This document shows positions 1-14,388 of a DNA stretch of 64,000 nt, one piece after another. Made by a program: the position numbers and the translations under genes. Numbering within the stretch: the stretch's first letter is position 1; every line of letters begins with the position of its first letter. The notes under the pieces are model-generated. The model saw only the letters and a program-made list of their open reading frames with translations, was not told where the DNA came from and searched no databases. Source of the stretch: Eledone cirrhosa (taxonomy: Eukaryota); assembly GCA_964016885.1 (NCBI GenBank), contig OZ024743.1, positions 203,236,001 to 203,300,000 of the forward strand. The letters run 5' to 3'.

Positions 1-154
1 GGAAAATATAGAGATATGTAAATGTGTAAAAATTATATATTAAAAAACGTCAGTGAAAATGTAATACAAATGACTTGAGTAGATTTACCTTTATATATTT
101 AGCTATAGTTTTTACCCGGATTTTTCTTCTCAATAAAACGCAAATTGTAATAAT

Positions 155-335
155 TGATTCTACTTTTTGGCACAAGGCCAGCAATTTCCCAGTACATTAG
201 TGGTACTTTATTTTATCGACCCCGTAAGGATGAAAGGCAAAGTTAACTTCGGCGGGATTTGAACTCAGATCATAAAGGGACATAACTATGCTAGAAAGCA
301 TGGCGTCTGACTCTCTACCGATACTGCCAATCCAC
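155..335 (-). mobile_element. tRNA-derived SINE, near full length, with TSD
   Basis: Minus strand has A box TGGCAGTATCGG, B box GTTCAAATCC and core CTTTGCCTTTCATCCTTACGGGGTCGATAAAATAAAGTACC; direct repeat AACGCAAATTGTAATAAT on both sides. Confidence 0.92.
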
Positions 336-1404
336 TAACGCAAATTGTAATAATGACGGAATCATGTGTGAAATTATACAGAAACAACTGGTTTATGGGA
401 GTGTATATGGGTGTGGGGTAGAACAGTATTTCTTAGTGTGTCTTGTGGTGTATGGCCTTGTGATATTTAATGTCTATGTATGTGTATGTCTGTTTATGTC
501 GCTTGTTGTGTATATAAATGTTTGTGTGCTTGTGTGTGTGTGTGTGTTTGTATCTGACTAATTGTTTATGGAATGTCATCTTTTGAAGTGACTAATTTGT
601 GTAGTTGTTCACTGAAAAGTTCTAAATGACTTTGTTGTTACATGTTTTGAATTGTCATCGTGGGATATATTTACCAAGGTCAATATCAACAGGTTTGCCT
701 GAGGGCATATTTCCGGTAGTATCTTATGAGGAATGTGTTGGTTAGGAAGACAAGAAGTATATGAATAAATCTAACATGATGTTACCTTTCGCTACCGCAT
801 GCCTAATGGAATACACTGTCTATGTGTTTAAACTAATTTATAAAGTATTAAGAAATTTAAGGAATTTAATATTAAAACCCACTTTGTCATCATGAATATG
901 GTGTTTGAGGCATAACTTAATAAAACGATCTTATGTAAAATTATGTCGAAAGGATCTAATGTAACTAAAATCCCTTTCAAACGAGTAGTATTATGTTATA
1001 GAAGCAGGAATGATTTACCAGTTTATAGCATTAAGTAAAAAGAAAACGAAATACTAAGAGAGGGAAAGGCAGAAGGTTGAAGAGACAAACATAAACGTCA
1101 AGAAGGAAGGATGGAAAATAGGTTGAGAGAATGTAAATGTAATTCTATTTGGGAGAACAGAATGCAAGAATGTAAATATATATTTATTGGATTAACAAAT
1201 ATACTTAAAAACATGTTTATACATTCACATACGAACACAGATAGTGCAAATATAGAGACATACATGCATAAATACATTCATATAAGACGCATACATACAT
1301 TCATATAACACGCATACATACACGCATATACACATACATATATATACACGCGCACACATGTATATATATATATATATGCGTGCGTGTGTATATATATTTA
1401 CATA

Positions 1405-1948
<544 letters not shown>

Positions 1949-1981
1949 TATAATAACTTGTGTGTTACACCTCTATTCTTT

Positions 1982-2038
<57 letters not shown>

Positions 2039-2042
<4 letters not shown>

Positions 2043-3350
2043 ATAATAATAAATTTGAAGACTAGAATCCAAAGAGGGCTCGATAAGGATAAATATATAT
2101 CAAATATATAAGAACCCTAGAGCAAGTATTTATTAAAATAACAGATTAAAGTTTAAGCAAAGAATCGGTGCTTTCACCCTTAACGGGATCTTCTGAAACT
2201 AAAAAAAATCAATCTGTGAACGCAGAAGTAAATATTTCGAAAAACGTTGCAACCGAAGGAAAACAGGAAGACGATACTTTGGACGATACGAAGATAAGAC
2301 GTCATTGTGTGGAACGTTGAGAACAATTACACGCAAACACAAAACCACGTTTACGGTATAAATGAGCTCGTAGTCTAATATTCTATTTAGGAAACCGAAT
2401 GATTCTCGGCTTCAGATTTAAGAATAATGTAAATAAATTAGTAGAACGAAAAAGAGAGAGGTTATTGAAATCAACAATAATTAAATAAATACATACACGC
2501 ATCCATATACGGACATAAACATGCATACGCGAAAACACCCGCCAACCATGCATATACAAGCACGTACACATAAACACGTGCACACATACATAAACCCGCG
2601 CGACACCTGTACCCGCACGCATACGAACGTATACACCAAATACACATAAAAAATATATATGTGTGTGTATATATACATATAATTATATAAACGTATATAA
2701 ATATACACACATAAATAAATACGTATATAACGCACGCACACACATACCTACAGATAAATACACATATGTTCACTAAACGTACGACAACCAAAACACAAAG
2801 TACACATATACACTCCTTACATAGGTGCAAACACGCATACACACACAAACACAAAATACACATATACACATAACCATATACACATGTACCAGTATATATA
2901 ATAAAATATATACACGTATAACAAATACAAGCAAATATACGTACGAGAAAGTATACGTACCTTCACAAACATACGGGTAGGTATACTTACCTATACAAAT
3001 AAGTAATGGTATAAACAACAAGATGGTATACCACAGTAATGGTATACCACAAGACGTAAATTATCGGCGTATTGTTCGTACTATCCGTTAGGGTATAATG
3101 TGGGGCTGTAATACAGGAAAGTGTTAGGCAATTTATGTTACAAGCCGAAATTGCCTCAGATTTTTTTTTTTGAAATGTGGTCATTGGCGTAGAGTATTTC
3201 CAAGGTTTCAGCGGCGCAAAGATCGCATGGTCTTTTATTTCCGTTATACGATCTAGCCCTAGCTAGGATCTCCCAGTGTAACCTATATTGGGTGTCGTTG
3301 TCTTTTAGATTCCAGATATAAGCTGAACGTGACGTCATATTACTTCTTAA
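2039..3350 (-). mobile_element. 5'-truncated Penelope-like element (GIY-YIG C-terminus plus 3' UTR)
   Basis: Translation SAYIWNLKDNDTQYRLHWEILARARSYNGNKRPCDLCAAETLEILY matches the PLE endonuclease C-terminal pattern; (TA)n on both sides; HHR-like motif at 2163-2200. Confidence 0.8.
2163..2200 (-). ncRNA. Degenerate hammerhead motif
   Basis: CAGAAGA-T[CCC GTTAA GGG]T-GAAAGC on the minus strand; second copy at ~21651-21690 (+). Confidence 0.45.
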
Positions 3351-3364
3351 AGGGTTAAGAAAAG

Positions 3365-3392
<28 letters not shown>

Positions 3393-3395
<3 letters not shown>

Positions 3396-3528
3396 TAAAC
3401 ATTGAGGACCGAATGAATTAACTGTGGAGATATAAAAGATAGAGAATGAAAACCAAACAAACAGTGAGTGTGTTCTGCTATTATTTCTGGCAATATTAAT
3501 ACAACAATATATGACCCTCCTCAAGCAT

Positions 3529-3564
<36 letters not shown>

Positions 3565-3590
3565 TCTTATACTTGAGGAGGGTCATATAT
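3393..3590 (+). mobile_element. PLE 3' terminal repeat fragment (family A) with short inverted tip
   Basis: Homologous to the minus strand of 21790-21930; ends GACCCTCCTCAAGCATAACAA(TA)n; inverted copy of the tip at 3563-3588. Confidence 0.75.
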
Positions 3591-3629
3591 ATATATATAT
3601 AGATATATAGATATATATAGAGAGAGAGG

Positions 3630-4198
3630 TAGTAAACATTAATTGAACATGAGTGAGGCGATGAGAGTTTATGAATTTTCATTAAATTGCAGGAATCGTA
3701 GCGCCGTGGGTAGCTGTAAACTGCTACTTACTATGTGCATAGCAAAACGTCGGGTTAAAATTTAACCACATATTGAGCGGAAGATTGTAGAGAGGGAGAA
3801 AATGGAAGACGGAACGTCTAATACCTGAGATTAGAAAGGTGAGGAGTATAGAGGGAGAGAAAAGAGTAGAGAAGGGAAAAGCGGGATTGAGATCGATGAA
3901 GCAAACATTTTTCGAGAATTGGGAAAGATAAAAAAAATAACGGGGAAAGAATGCAAACTAATGAGAAATATAGAACTATTGGTTTCTAGCCCACATAGTT
4001 TCGCGCGGTAAAAGATAGTACCTTCCTTTTCCCGCGCAAAACCATGTAGTCATTTCTCATCTCATGCTTTCAACTGTCTTTCTTCCATTCTCTCTCTCCG
4101 TTCTTCAACTCAAAATGTGGGTATATTTTAACCCGACTAGTCTGCTGTTTACAGCTGCCCACCGCGCTGGGATTCCTACAATTTTATGAAAATTCATA
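3630..4198. mobile_element. Non-autonomous long-TIR (foldback/MITE-like) element
   Basis: ~3671-3810 is an imperfect reverse complement of ~4075-4198 (e.g. GTCGGGTTAAAAT/ATTTTAACCCGAC, GTGGGTAGCTGTAAAC/GTTTACAGCTGCCCAC); no credible ORF. Confidence 0.7.
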
Positions 4199-4228
4199 TA
4201 TATATACATATATATACATATATATACA

Positions 4229-4315
<87 letters not shown>

Positions 4316-4345
4316 TATTATATAGTAGAATCCTTCTATTATTAA

Positions 4346-4525
4346 ATAATTGTTTCGACTTTTGGCACAAGGCCAGCAATTATCCCAGTGTATTACTGAT
4401 ACTTTATTTTATCGACCCCGTAAGGATGAAAGGCAAAGTTAACCTCGGCGGGATTTGAACTGACCATACAGGGCCGTAACTATTTGCTGCAAAGCATGGC
4501 GTCCGACCCTCTACCGATACTGCCG
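4346..4525 (-). mobile_element. SINE (left arm of inverted pair)
   Basis: A box, B-like box and core on the minus strand. Confidence 0.9.
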
Positions 4526-4549
4526 TGCCAAAAGTAGAAACAATTATTA

Positions 4550-4717
4550 CTGGCAGTATCGGTAGAGGGTCGGACGCCATGCTTTGCAGCATAGAGTTAC
4601 GAGTTCAAATCCCGCCGACGTTAAATTTGCCTTTCATCCTTACGTGGTCGATAAAATAAAGTACCAGTAATACACTGGATTAATTGCTGACCTTGTGCCA
4701 AAAGTAGAAACAATTAT
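4550..4717 (+). mobile_element. SINE (right arm of inverted pair)
   Basis: TGGCAGTATCGG...GTTCAAATCC...GCCAAAAGTAGAAACAATT, with a small internal deletion. Confidence 0.9.
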
Positions 4718-5069
4718 TGAATAATGGAAGGAATCTACTATATAATAGAATATATATATATACATATTATTAAAACACAACAAATAAAGATTTAACCAAA
4801 TAACGATTTAACACATATATATAGTTAAACTGAATATTTTTCTATTAATCTTAATTTGTAATACAAAAAGTAAAAATACAGATGAACTTCTTTATATATA
4901 TATACATTGTTTTCTGTTAATTTTGATATTTCATTTTTTTAATTTTATTCTTTCATTTTTCAAATTGTTAATTTTTTATTGTTTTTATTTGATATTTTTA
5001 ATATTTTAAATATCTTTTTAATATTATATATATATATAAATGAATAAATAAAGAAATAAAAAAGAAATC

Positions 5070-5116
<47 letters not shown>

Positions 5117-7444
5117 TCTATATATAATCCTTTATAAACATATATTTTTTAATATTTTTTAATTTCTTATCTATACATATGTGTAAATTACTTTTATTTC
5201 TCGATTGGTTTATTTTCCTGATTTTGTACCGTTATTATACATTTTTATTCATATTTTTATTTTGTATTATCTAGGTTTATATTTATTCTTTTATTTTTAT
5301 ATAGATTTTTTTATGTGGAATTTCTCCGTTTTTTTTTCATACATAAATTTGTATATAGATTTTCTTAGATTATTATCTAATATTTTTCATGTTTTAATTA
5401 TAATTATTATCATCTTTATGATATTCTTTATCTTTATGATATTCTTTTATATGAAACATTTATACGATAATTACTAACATAACAGACATCTCCCCTCAAC
5501 TAAATCCTAATTTACTCCTCCCTTATTCACTAAGATTTTATGTCACAAAATCCCATTATATTCATAATTATTAATGATTTTATGACATTTTTAATGTCGC
5601 TGTAAAATTAGCCCGAACTATAACCTAACAGCCTAAACCATTATTTATCCCAATAAACTCCAAAGTTTCTAACCTAAAGACTTGAATACAACAATTAATA
5701 TACCATCCACAAAACAAATATAACTCCAATTCCTTCCTACAAATATAATATTGTGTACATATCGATACATAAGAGTATAGAGCTATATACGAATAAAGTT
5801 GTAATTATGTAACTAGGCCCATATAATGTTTATATATGTATATGATTCCATTGAAACATTGAACATTTCTGCGGTAGTTGATTTTTAAATAATGTTGTGG
5901 TTGTTTCACTTTGTGTAATAGCAAGGCGATGTCAGGTCTGTGCATCTTGATGAATTCCGGGTTTAATAAATTGTGGTATTTCTGTTATTTGATATTTGAG
6001 AAGGGATTTTGTACTAATGATAAAATATTAATATCGATTATTACGTTTACCCAGTGTGAACTTTACGATTATGGTGATGGTGGAATTTCTGTTTAGCGTG
6101 TATTGGATCGATCCCTCGATATAAGGTCTCTGAACATGCTGGAAATAGCAAATATATTCCCTTGTAATTCACATCTAACTATTTTTAAAAGATAGAGACG
6201 TTGAACAATGGAGCTCTAGATACAAGATATTTTAACGTAAGATGGGATGGTAATGATAGAAACATTAGAATGTCTGACACGTAATTACACAAAGATATGT
6301 AGTTAACGGAGCAAAAAACAGCATGATTAATCTTTACGTTCTTGGTTGTATGAAAAATCTATATGAACGAATCTGTTAATAATTAGTATATTTCTTGACA
6401 CGAGAAAAACTGCTCAGTATTACTAATATATGATTAAATGACTTTTCAAAAAGATCTATTACTTAATGTAATACGAACAGTATTCGTTGCTATTGCAGTT
6501 GTTGGAGATTGTCTAAGTCACTAGATTCACAGCGTCTTCGTTGTTCACAGATATATGTTTTACTTCCTTAATTTATGTACATTCGAAAAAATACTTTGTA
6601 CGTATTTACATTTACCAACACATTCGTTTCTCCTTTTATCTAATTTACTGGGGGGAGGGGGGTTTCTAGCAATCTATCTATTTGTTATTGACAATATCGG
6701 TAGGCACCTTGAGTTTCTTACTGTTATATTCTTTCATTTGTGCCAAAGAATTTCGTATCTTATATGTTCGTTTCTTTTGTTGTTTATACGTTGGTATTTT
6801 CAGCTTTATACGCTACTGACGCATCGATCAGTACAGTACTGCGTTATGCATCGAAACCAGTTTGTTAGGTAACATAGGGTGGGTGGCTGAAGACACGAGC
6901 GGTGTTTTTGCATGTTGACTCTGTTGGTTTCTCTGTCTATTATACATATGGCCTTGTGTCTAAATGAGAAACTATATATAATATATATTAATATATATAT
7001 ATGTGTGTGACTTTGTGTGTGTGAATGTGTGTATGTGTGTTTGTGCGTGTCTGTGTGTCGCATATGACCTTCATGAAAACATGATGATTAAGAACAATAA
7101 TGATTTCAATACAAACATATCTCTCAGCAGAATAAACAAAACAAGTAAAACAACATATCCCAATCCTTAGTATTTTCGTAATCTAACATTATAATAATTG
7201 GTCCCAGTTGATTGGATAACTTTGTTAATGAATTAGTTTGTTTACAAGAACAAACCAATGAAATAGCTAGTTAAGAGACAATTGGGTCTAATTAAACATT
7301 TGATCCTCTACACTAAACAAAACAAAAATAAATCAAAGAGACAAACAACAAAACAAAACTTTCTACCCAAATATAGCAGCACATATCCAAAATATGATAG
7401 GTCATTAAAAGTCTGATAAATATTTATTCTTATATTATACATTG

Positions 7445-7805
7445 TTTCTCGGCATTGAGTTAAGGACCTTTACGGTATGAATTCAAATCCCACCGAGGCT
7501 AGTGTTGCCTTTCATCCTTACAGTGTCGATCGAAACAAAGTACCAGTAATACAGTGGAGTCGATTTAATCTATTCCCCACCAAAATTGTTGCCCTTGTGC
7601 CTAAATCAGAAACTAATATTATATATTGTTTCGCGGCACAGAGTTACGGCCCTTTACGTTCTGAGTTCAACTGACGCCGAGGTTACGTTGTATGTCATAC
7701 TTAGCGTGTCGATAACATAAAGTACATAACCCACTGGGGTCGATTTAATTGACTTTGCCCTCCCCTAAAATTGCCGGCCTTGTGCCTAAATCAGAAATCA
7801 TATTA
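7445..7805 (+). mobile_element. Two tandem diverged SINEs (long subfamily)
   Basis: Two cores, each followed by GTCGATTTAAT...CCCC...AAAATTG and ending GTGCCTAAATCAGAAA. Confidence 0.8.
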
Positions 7806-8498
7806 AACAATGTCTTTTCTTTTCAATGTCAACGAAATCGGCCTCTTATTTTTTCAAAACTGGTGCCAATTTTCATCAAACTCTTTTTGTCGAAATCCTA
7901 GGTTGCCGAACATTAGCAAACAGTAAACGTACACTCCGCCACACATAACACATATATATATGTGTGTGTGGGCGTGTGTGTGCGTGTGTGTGTGTAAACA
8001 ACCGGTGGTATCAAGAAGTATAAAGAATATTTGAAATATAAACTGTAGCCAACACAGTATATATGCCTGTAGTATAAGTCGCTCACTATAAACAATAGCT
8101 AAGGAAACTGAGTAAAGTACACCGAGAGACGGGATGAAATTGGAATAGGTGTCTGCGTGGAATGGAACTCCGCATCTCTCGGATGCAGAATACATTCTTT
8201 TAGAATATTCTCAGACTGTGGCTAGAGGTGTAAAGAACAAGTTGACTTCAGGAACATTGAGTAAACTTGAACTTTGAAATGTAGTCGTGCCAACGCAAAT
8301 GAGTAAAATAAACGTCGATCACTATAAACAAAAGGTGAGAAAATTGTGTAAAATCCCCCAGTGACCGGGACAAAGTGGGTATAACTGCCTGCGGGGAATC
8401 AAACACCACATCTCACATAATCCGGGTTACTATCTTAACTATTACGCTAACGATTCTGTGACCTCCTCAGTGAATAGGTTTTAATCTTGTACCCTCTT

Positions 8499-8748
8499 TT
8501 GTTCTGTCCTACACCATCTTGTTTTTGTGTAGAAGAACAAAAACAAGATGGTGTAGGACAGATCAAAGGAGAGAAATAAAATAAAAACCTAGTCACTGAC
8601 GAGGTCACAGAATGTGTGACGAAAGAATTGTGACAATATATAAACAACCTTCCGAATATCGAACCAACCTGCCGGAAGTTTATAATAAATTGAAGTGAAA
8701 ATCTCAGGTGCGTGTGTTTTTATTGGCAGCATGACCCTCCCAAAGTAT

Positions 8749-8755
<7 letters not shown>
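8499..8755 (+). mobile_element. PLE-type terminal repeat (family B) with 5' foldback hairpin
   Basis: Hairpin 8499-8567 (CTGTCCTACACCATCTTGTTTTTG / CAAAAACAAGATGGTGTAGGACAG), HHR at 8592, 3' end ATGACCCTCCCAAAGTATAACAA(TA)n; homolog at ~58513-58760 (-). Confidence 0.8.
8592..8634 (+). ncRNA. Minimal hammerhead with mutated cleavage triplet
   Basis: GTCA-CTGACGA-G[GTCACA GAATG TGTGAC]-GAAA-GAAT-TG-TGAC; stems I and II perfect, NUH reads UUG. Confidence 0.7.
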
Positions 8756-8785
<30 letters not shown>

Positions 8786-8933
8786 ATAAGAAACGGAGAA
8801 TCAGTGGTTCGACGAATTAAAGTTGACTAGACATATTACAATCGTTTCTCTATGTGATATTATACTCTGTTCCGTAAGAGCATCGAGTGCTGAAACGACC
8901 TACCGCATACGGACGCTTTAAGCATCCCACACC

Positions 8934-9023
<90 letters not shown>

Positions 9024-9270
9024 GGGCACATAATACGATACAAACATATGATAGAATTTGAGTCACGAGTTTTCAGCTATGGAAGAAATCTCTTTTTGAA
9101 GATGTGTTTGCATGTCCGTAAAATAATTACTATCTAGAGGACACTTACTTTGATGAACACTCCGTCTGATAATTATAAGCATCACATTAGCAATTAATAT
9201 GTAACAAGTTAGTTTCGTATTTTTTAATATTTATGAAATAAATTGATTGGTTTCTTTGAAACATATACAC

Positions 9271-9307
<37 letters not shown>

Positions 9308-9625
9308 CGTGTGTGTGTGCCTGTATGTCTTCTGTGTGTCTTTTGTATATGTCTGTGTGTGTGTGTGTATGTCTTTTGTATGCGTCTATGTGTGTCTGTG
9401 TGTGTGTGTACATGTATATGTTCAGTATGTTTTCTGTATGTGTCTGTGTGTGTGTGTGTCTGTGTGTCTTCTGTATGTGTATGTATGTGTCTGTATGTGT
9501 CAGTATATGTCTTTGTATATGTAATGTTTACATTTATGAATGAACTCGACATTTCATTTGAACCATTTGTAACATTTACATACTACCTAAACATGCACAC
9601 ACGCACACACTCACACATAAATACT

Positions 9626-9677
<52 letters not shown>

Positions 9678-9839
9678 TATATATATGTGTATGTGTGTGT
9701 GTATCTATGCACATGCCACATTACAAACATACACGTGGTAAGCACTCTGAGACAGGCTTTGTTCCTTAAAAGTTCATTCCATACTTCATTGAGTGAGTAA
9801 TGTGTGCAAGCGAGATTATAGTTGATACTATAACCTCGT

Positions 9840-9899
<60 letters not shown>

Positions 9900-10466
9900 G
9901 TACACACTCACACACAAACACTCGCATGTATATATATATATCTATATATATATATATATAATACATACATATGTATGAGATGCATACTTTTATATACATG
10001 TAAATAGAAGAGTTATTAAAAGTAACACTTTACATTGGTATAGCTGTAGGAATATTTGTTAGCTGTATTTGCGCACATGTGTAATCTCCTTATTTACATT
10101 ATTTTATTTCCTTCTACCTCTCTTTACAGAATTAATTAAGTTCTTAATTTTTTTAAAAAATAATATTCATATGTATAAAACGACATAATTTACATATCAT
10201 CCCCATTTACAAACGATACCACAGCTTTTGTCATATCACAGTCTTTCAGCGATATTGTTTAAATATCTACGGAATTGATTATATTTTCCAATATTAACGT
10301 CTTTACAACTGTTGACCTTCTTTTTAATGTTGTTAATGTTATAAAGACGAAAGGAGGATGGACGTCTGAATCGATATAATCGAATGGAAAACAAAACTGT
10401 TGCCTTTTCTCTCTTCTGCAGATCAATAATATTATTATATTATTATTGTTATTATTATTATTATGT

Positions 10467-11170
10467 TGATTGGCAGTATCGGTAGAGTGTCAGACATCAT
10501 GATTTGCAGCATAGAGTTACGGTCCTTTAGGGTCTGAGTTCAAATCCCACCGAGGTTATCTTTGCCTTTCATTCTTACGGGGTCGATAAAATAAAGTACC
10601 AGTAATGTACTGGTAATTGCTGGCGTTATGCCAAAAGTATAAATAATTATTATTGTGTGGATTGGCAGTATCGGTAGAGTGTCAGACATCATGCTTTGCA
10701 GCATAAAGTGACGGTCCTTTACGGTCTGATTTCAAATCCCAGCCGAAGTTTAATTTGGCTTCATTCTTACGGGGTCGATAAAATAAAGTACCAGTAACGT
10801 ACAGTGGTCGATTTAATCTCCTCCCCCCAAATTACTGGCCTTGTGCCTATACTAGAAATCATTATTATTATCCCGCCGAGGTTAACTTTGCCTTTCATCT
10901 TTACGGGGTCGATAAAATAAAGTACCAGTAATACACTGGTGATTTGCTGGCCTTGTGCCAAAAGTAGAATCAATGATTATTATGTGGAATGGCAGTATCG
11001 GTAGAGTGTCAGATATCATGATTTGTAGTATAGAGTTACTGTCCTTTACGGTCTGAGTTCAAATCCCGCTGAGGTTAACTTTGCCTTTCATCCTTACGGG
11101 GTCGATAAAATAAAACACGAGTAATGCACTGGGGTAATTGTTGGCGTTGTGCCAAAAAATAGAAACAATT
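10467..11170 (+). mobile_element. Head-to-tail cluster of four SINE copies (one 5'-truncated)
   Basis: Starts near 10467, 10657, 10870 and 10984, separated by (ATT)n tails. Confidence 0.9.
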
Positions 11171-11494
11171 ATTATTATTGTTGTTGTTGATGTTGCTGTT
11201 ATTGTTATTGCTACCGCTGCTGCTGTTGTTGCTGTTGTGGTTGTTTCGTGTCTCGACACAACGTGTTAAATTGCCCCCATAAATTTGTTCCATTTTTACA
11301 TTGTTATCCAACTTCTTGAACATTTGTTATTGTTTAATAGGTAAACTACCCAGTATCTTCGTCAGCTGGTTAGTTCATATTTATCTGTAGAAAATTAGGG
11401 GCTAAATCCTGTTATTGTTTCCCAAAGACGCACCACAATTTCTTTTCTTTGTTGTAATTTAGATGGTGGAGAAATATATTATGTCGTTGAAATT

Positions 11495-12167
11495 TCGGGA
11501 AAATCGGCTAGACGTAACGCCTCAAAAAAGCCCTAAGAAGCTGAAAAAATGAAATTTTTCACCTAATGCGGGTCCTAGGCCATAAAAAAGTTGGATTTTC
11601 TTTGCCCACAGTATGAAGAATTGACTGACTAATACATAGTTACAATTTCAAGGAAATCGATCTGACGTAACGCCTCAAAAAAAAACTAAAAAGCTTAAAA
11701 AACGCAGTTTTTCACCTAATGCGGGCCCTAGGGGACCAAAAAGTTGATTTATTTATGTGCATAACACTCCCTGAAGCATAAGTAATACACATGTAAAGTT
11801 TGAAAAAAGTCGGTTGGGTACATCTCGAGTTTTAGGGATTCAAACTCACAGACACACACAATATCCTCAGGGAAGTGACGTAATGCAGACAGCCAGACAT
11901 ACAAACAGATATTATAAGGGCGCGACGTTATATGTATGTATCTATCTAAAAAGAGAAAGACTAAGAATTATAGAGAGAGATCACTAAATTGCCTAATGCG
12001 GTCCCTAGGGCATTGCAAATTTGAAATTATTTTTGCTCAGAACACTCCCTGAAACATTAGTGTTATATGTGTAAAGTTTGAAAACAGTCGGTTTGGTGCT
12101 TCTCGAGTTTTAGGGATTCAAACTCACACACACACAGACAGACATCCTCAGTTTTATATATAGATAT
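11495..12167 (+). mobile_element. Helitron/Helentron-like non-autonomous repeat with internal repeats
   Basis: Three CCTAATGCGG...CCTAGG units, duplicated TGTAAAGTTTGAAAA...CTCGAGTTTTAGGGATTCAAACTCACA block, 3' end ACACACAGACAGACATCCTCAGTTTTATATATAGAT resembling HINE/DINE-type ends. Confidence 0.5.
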
Positions 12168-12542
12168 GTCTGTGAAAATGTGTGAGTGTGCGTGTGTAAA
12201 TACATATGGAAATGGAATTAGAATGATTAAGTGAGGAAATGTGTAATAACCTGTTTCAATATATGAGAAATATGCCTAATTCTGTTTAAAAAATAACGAC
12301 AGATGTTTTCTGTGGAAATTGCCTCTCAATCAAAATGAATATAGTATGTATGTGTATACATATATATATATATATGTGTGTGTCTGTGTGTGTTTGTGTA
12401 TACATATAGATATATGTGTGTGTGTGATCTTTTTGTGTCTGTGTACACATGCAGAGGTGTCCGTCTGTCCTTTTGCCTGTATGATTGCACGTATATGCAT
12501 ACACACTGACACTCACTCACCCACAAATACACAAACACACAA

Positions 12543-12598
<56 letters not shown>

Positions 12599-13779
12599 GA
12601 AAAGACTATATATATATATATTTCTTCCATATGGTAGATGAGGCACGGACCTAATTCGATCACACAGAATATTTTTGTGCTTGTAATCTATCGACATAAA
12701 GATTTCTATGATATACACGAATTAATCTGTGAATAAATATTCTGGATCAAATGGATTCCCGACATCCATTGCGGATCTTCAGTTAGATGCTAGCAGTCAA
12801 TATTACTTAAGACGGTTAGGACCGCAAAGTTTTCAAATAAATGTCAGTTGGTTATATATAGCTCGTTTGATGTTTGTATGAAATAATAATGATACCGTAT
12901 TTATAGCCTTTCGCTTCTGTATTCGTGCCAAGCTCAGCTCACAACATAGAGGCTCCGTCATGACACACTATTTTCATATTTAAACCTACAGATATCCGTC
13001 CCTTTCACGTTAGACAGCGTTGAGGTGATTTCTCCCATTCTGTTGAACATCAAGAGATATGACAGATAAATCATTAGGAACGTCTTATTTTAAAATATGT
13101 TAGATAGTCTTCATAGAATGCTAGTGTGCGGCTCATATTCTTGTCCAGTATATAGCAGATGTGTGGTTCGAGTCCAGAGGCCGTACTGTCACATATTTTT
13201 CTATTAGATTTAGATTATACGTAAACGCATCATTTAAGTTATGGGTAATCATAAAAAAGGTTAACTGTTATTTATATATATATTATTAACATAATTACTT
13301 CACTGGTGCTCAATTTGTGAACCACCTCATGATGAAATGAAAAATCGGAACGGTTAGGTATTTGGACACATAATATAAAATATAAATCTATATAACTCAT
13401 GATATTAAGTCCGGTAATCTACCAGTCTCCCCTGGCTCATCAGATACCATCCCCAGGAATAATCAACCAATTTGTTCATTTTATTTGTTCTAGTCCTTAC
13501 ATTATGTTCATACCCAGGTCCCACGCAATCCAACAAATCAAATTCTTACTCCCAGATTGGCTTCCCGCTGGACTTTATCTCTGTGCATATTTTTCCCGTC
13601 GACGTCAGCTTTTTATTATCAAAGAAAACATCAACCCAGGTGATCTGAACGGCTTCTTTGAGCCTGCGATAGTGGTGAGCAGGCTACGTTCCTTCAGCTT
13701 ATATTGTATCATAACCAAACAATAAAATGACAACAAATTAACAATTTACACAATATCTTTGAGGTCCTGGTTTCTTCCA

Positions 13780-14103
13780 ATCCTCAGTAACAACAATGGA
13801 GCTAAAGGCAAGCAATGCACTGCCCCATGGAGCAGATACAAAGTATGTATTTTGGAAATACCTAAACAGACTAAGATCTGGGGTTGAACTTTTAAGGTCA
13901 CTCTTGCAAAATGGGTATATTTACAGGATGAGGACGTTGTGTGTGACTGCATCATCGAACCACAGATTACACACCACCTCCCGATGTACCACCTGCTGGA
14001 ACACCCCTGCGCAGCATTAGACTTGGCAGAGTTTAATATGGCGGAACTATATCTAGCCAAGCTTTGTCACTGACACTTTTGTGTTCACGACAAGAAGAAT
14101 AAG
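13780..14103 (+). mobile_element. 3' end of an Ingi/Vingi-like LINE (frameshifted)
   Basis: WKYLNRLRSGV followed in a shifted frame by KWVYLQDEDVVCDCIIEPQITHHLPMYHLL, resembling the C-terminal LNRLRxG...KWG...CxC...H motif; short UTR ending ACGACAAGAAGAA. Confidence 0.6.
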
Positions 14104-14388
14104 TGAGGGTCAGAGGCCATAGATAATTGCATCAATGTTCATCTATATGATGTGTATATATCGATGATTCGCATTAGGGAAAATATGATGTCGCTGGCTC
14201 TCGATACCTTGTCCAACCATTACTTGGAACCTAGCGACTGAGCCGCAGCTCAGATGCTTTCAGCACCATGATAAAGTCTTGACCACTTGAAAATTTGTCA
14301 GCAAGGTGACAAATGAGTTACATTTACAGGACTACAGGCTTCTACGGGACTAGAACTGTTTCATTCGGGAAAAATAATTATATATTTA

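Noticed and set aside
6804-6868. Possible 65-nt exon (TTTTCAG...AG/GTAACA) or HHR-like CTGACGC...GAAAC motif
   Set aside because: No recognisable peptide or partner exons; the HHR core and stems are imperfect. Neither reading is supportable.
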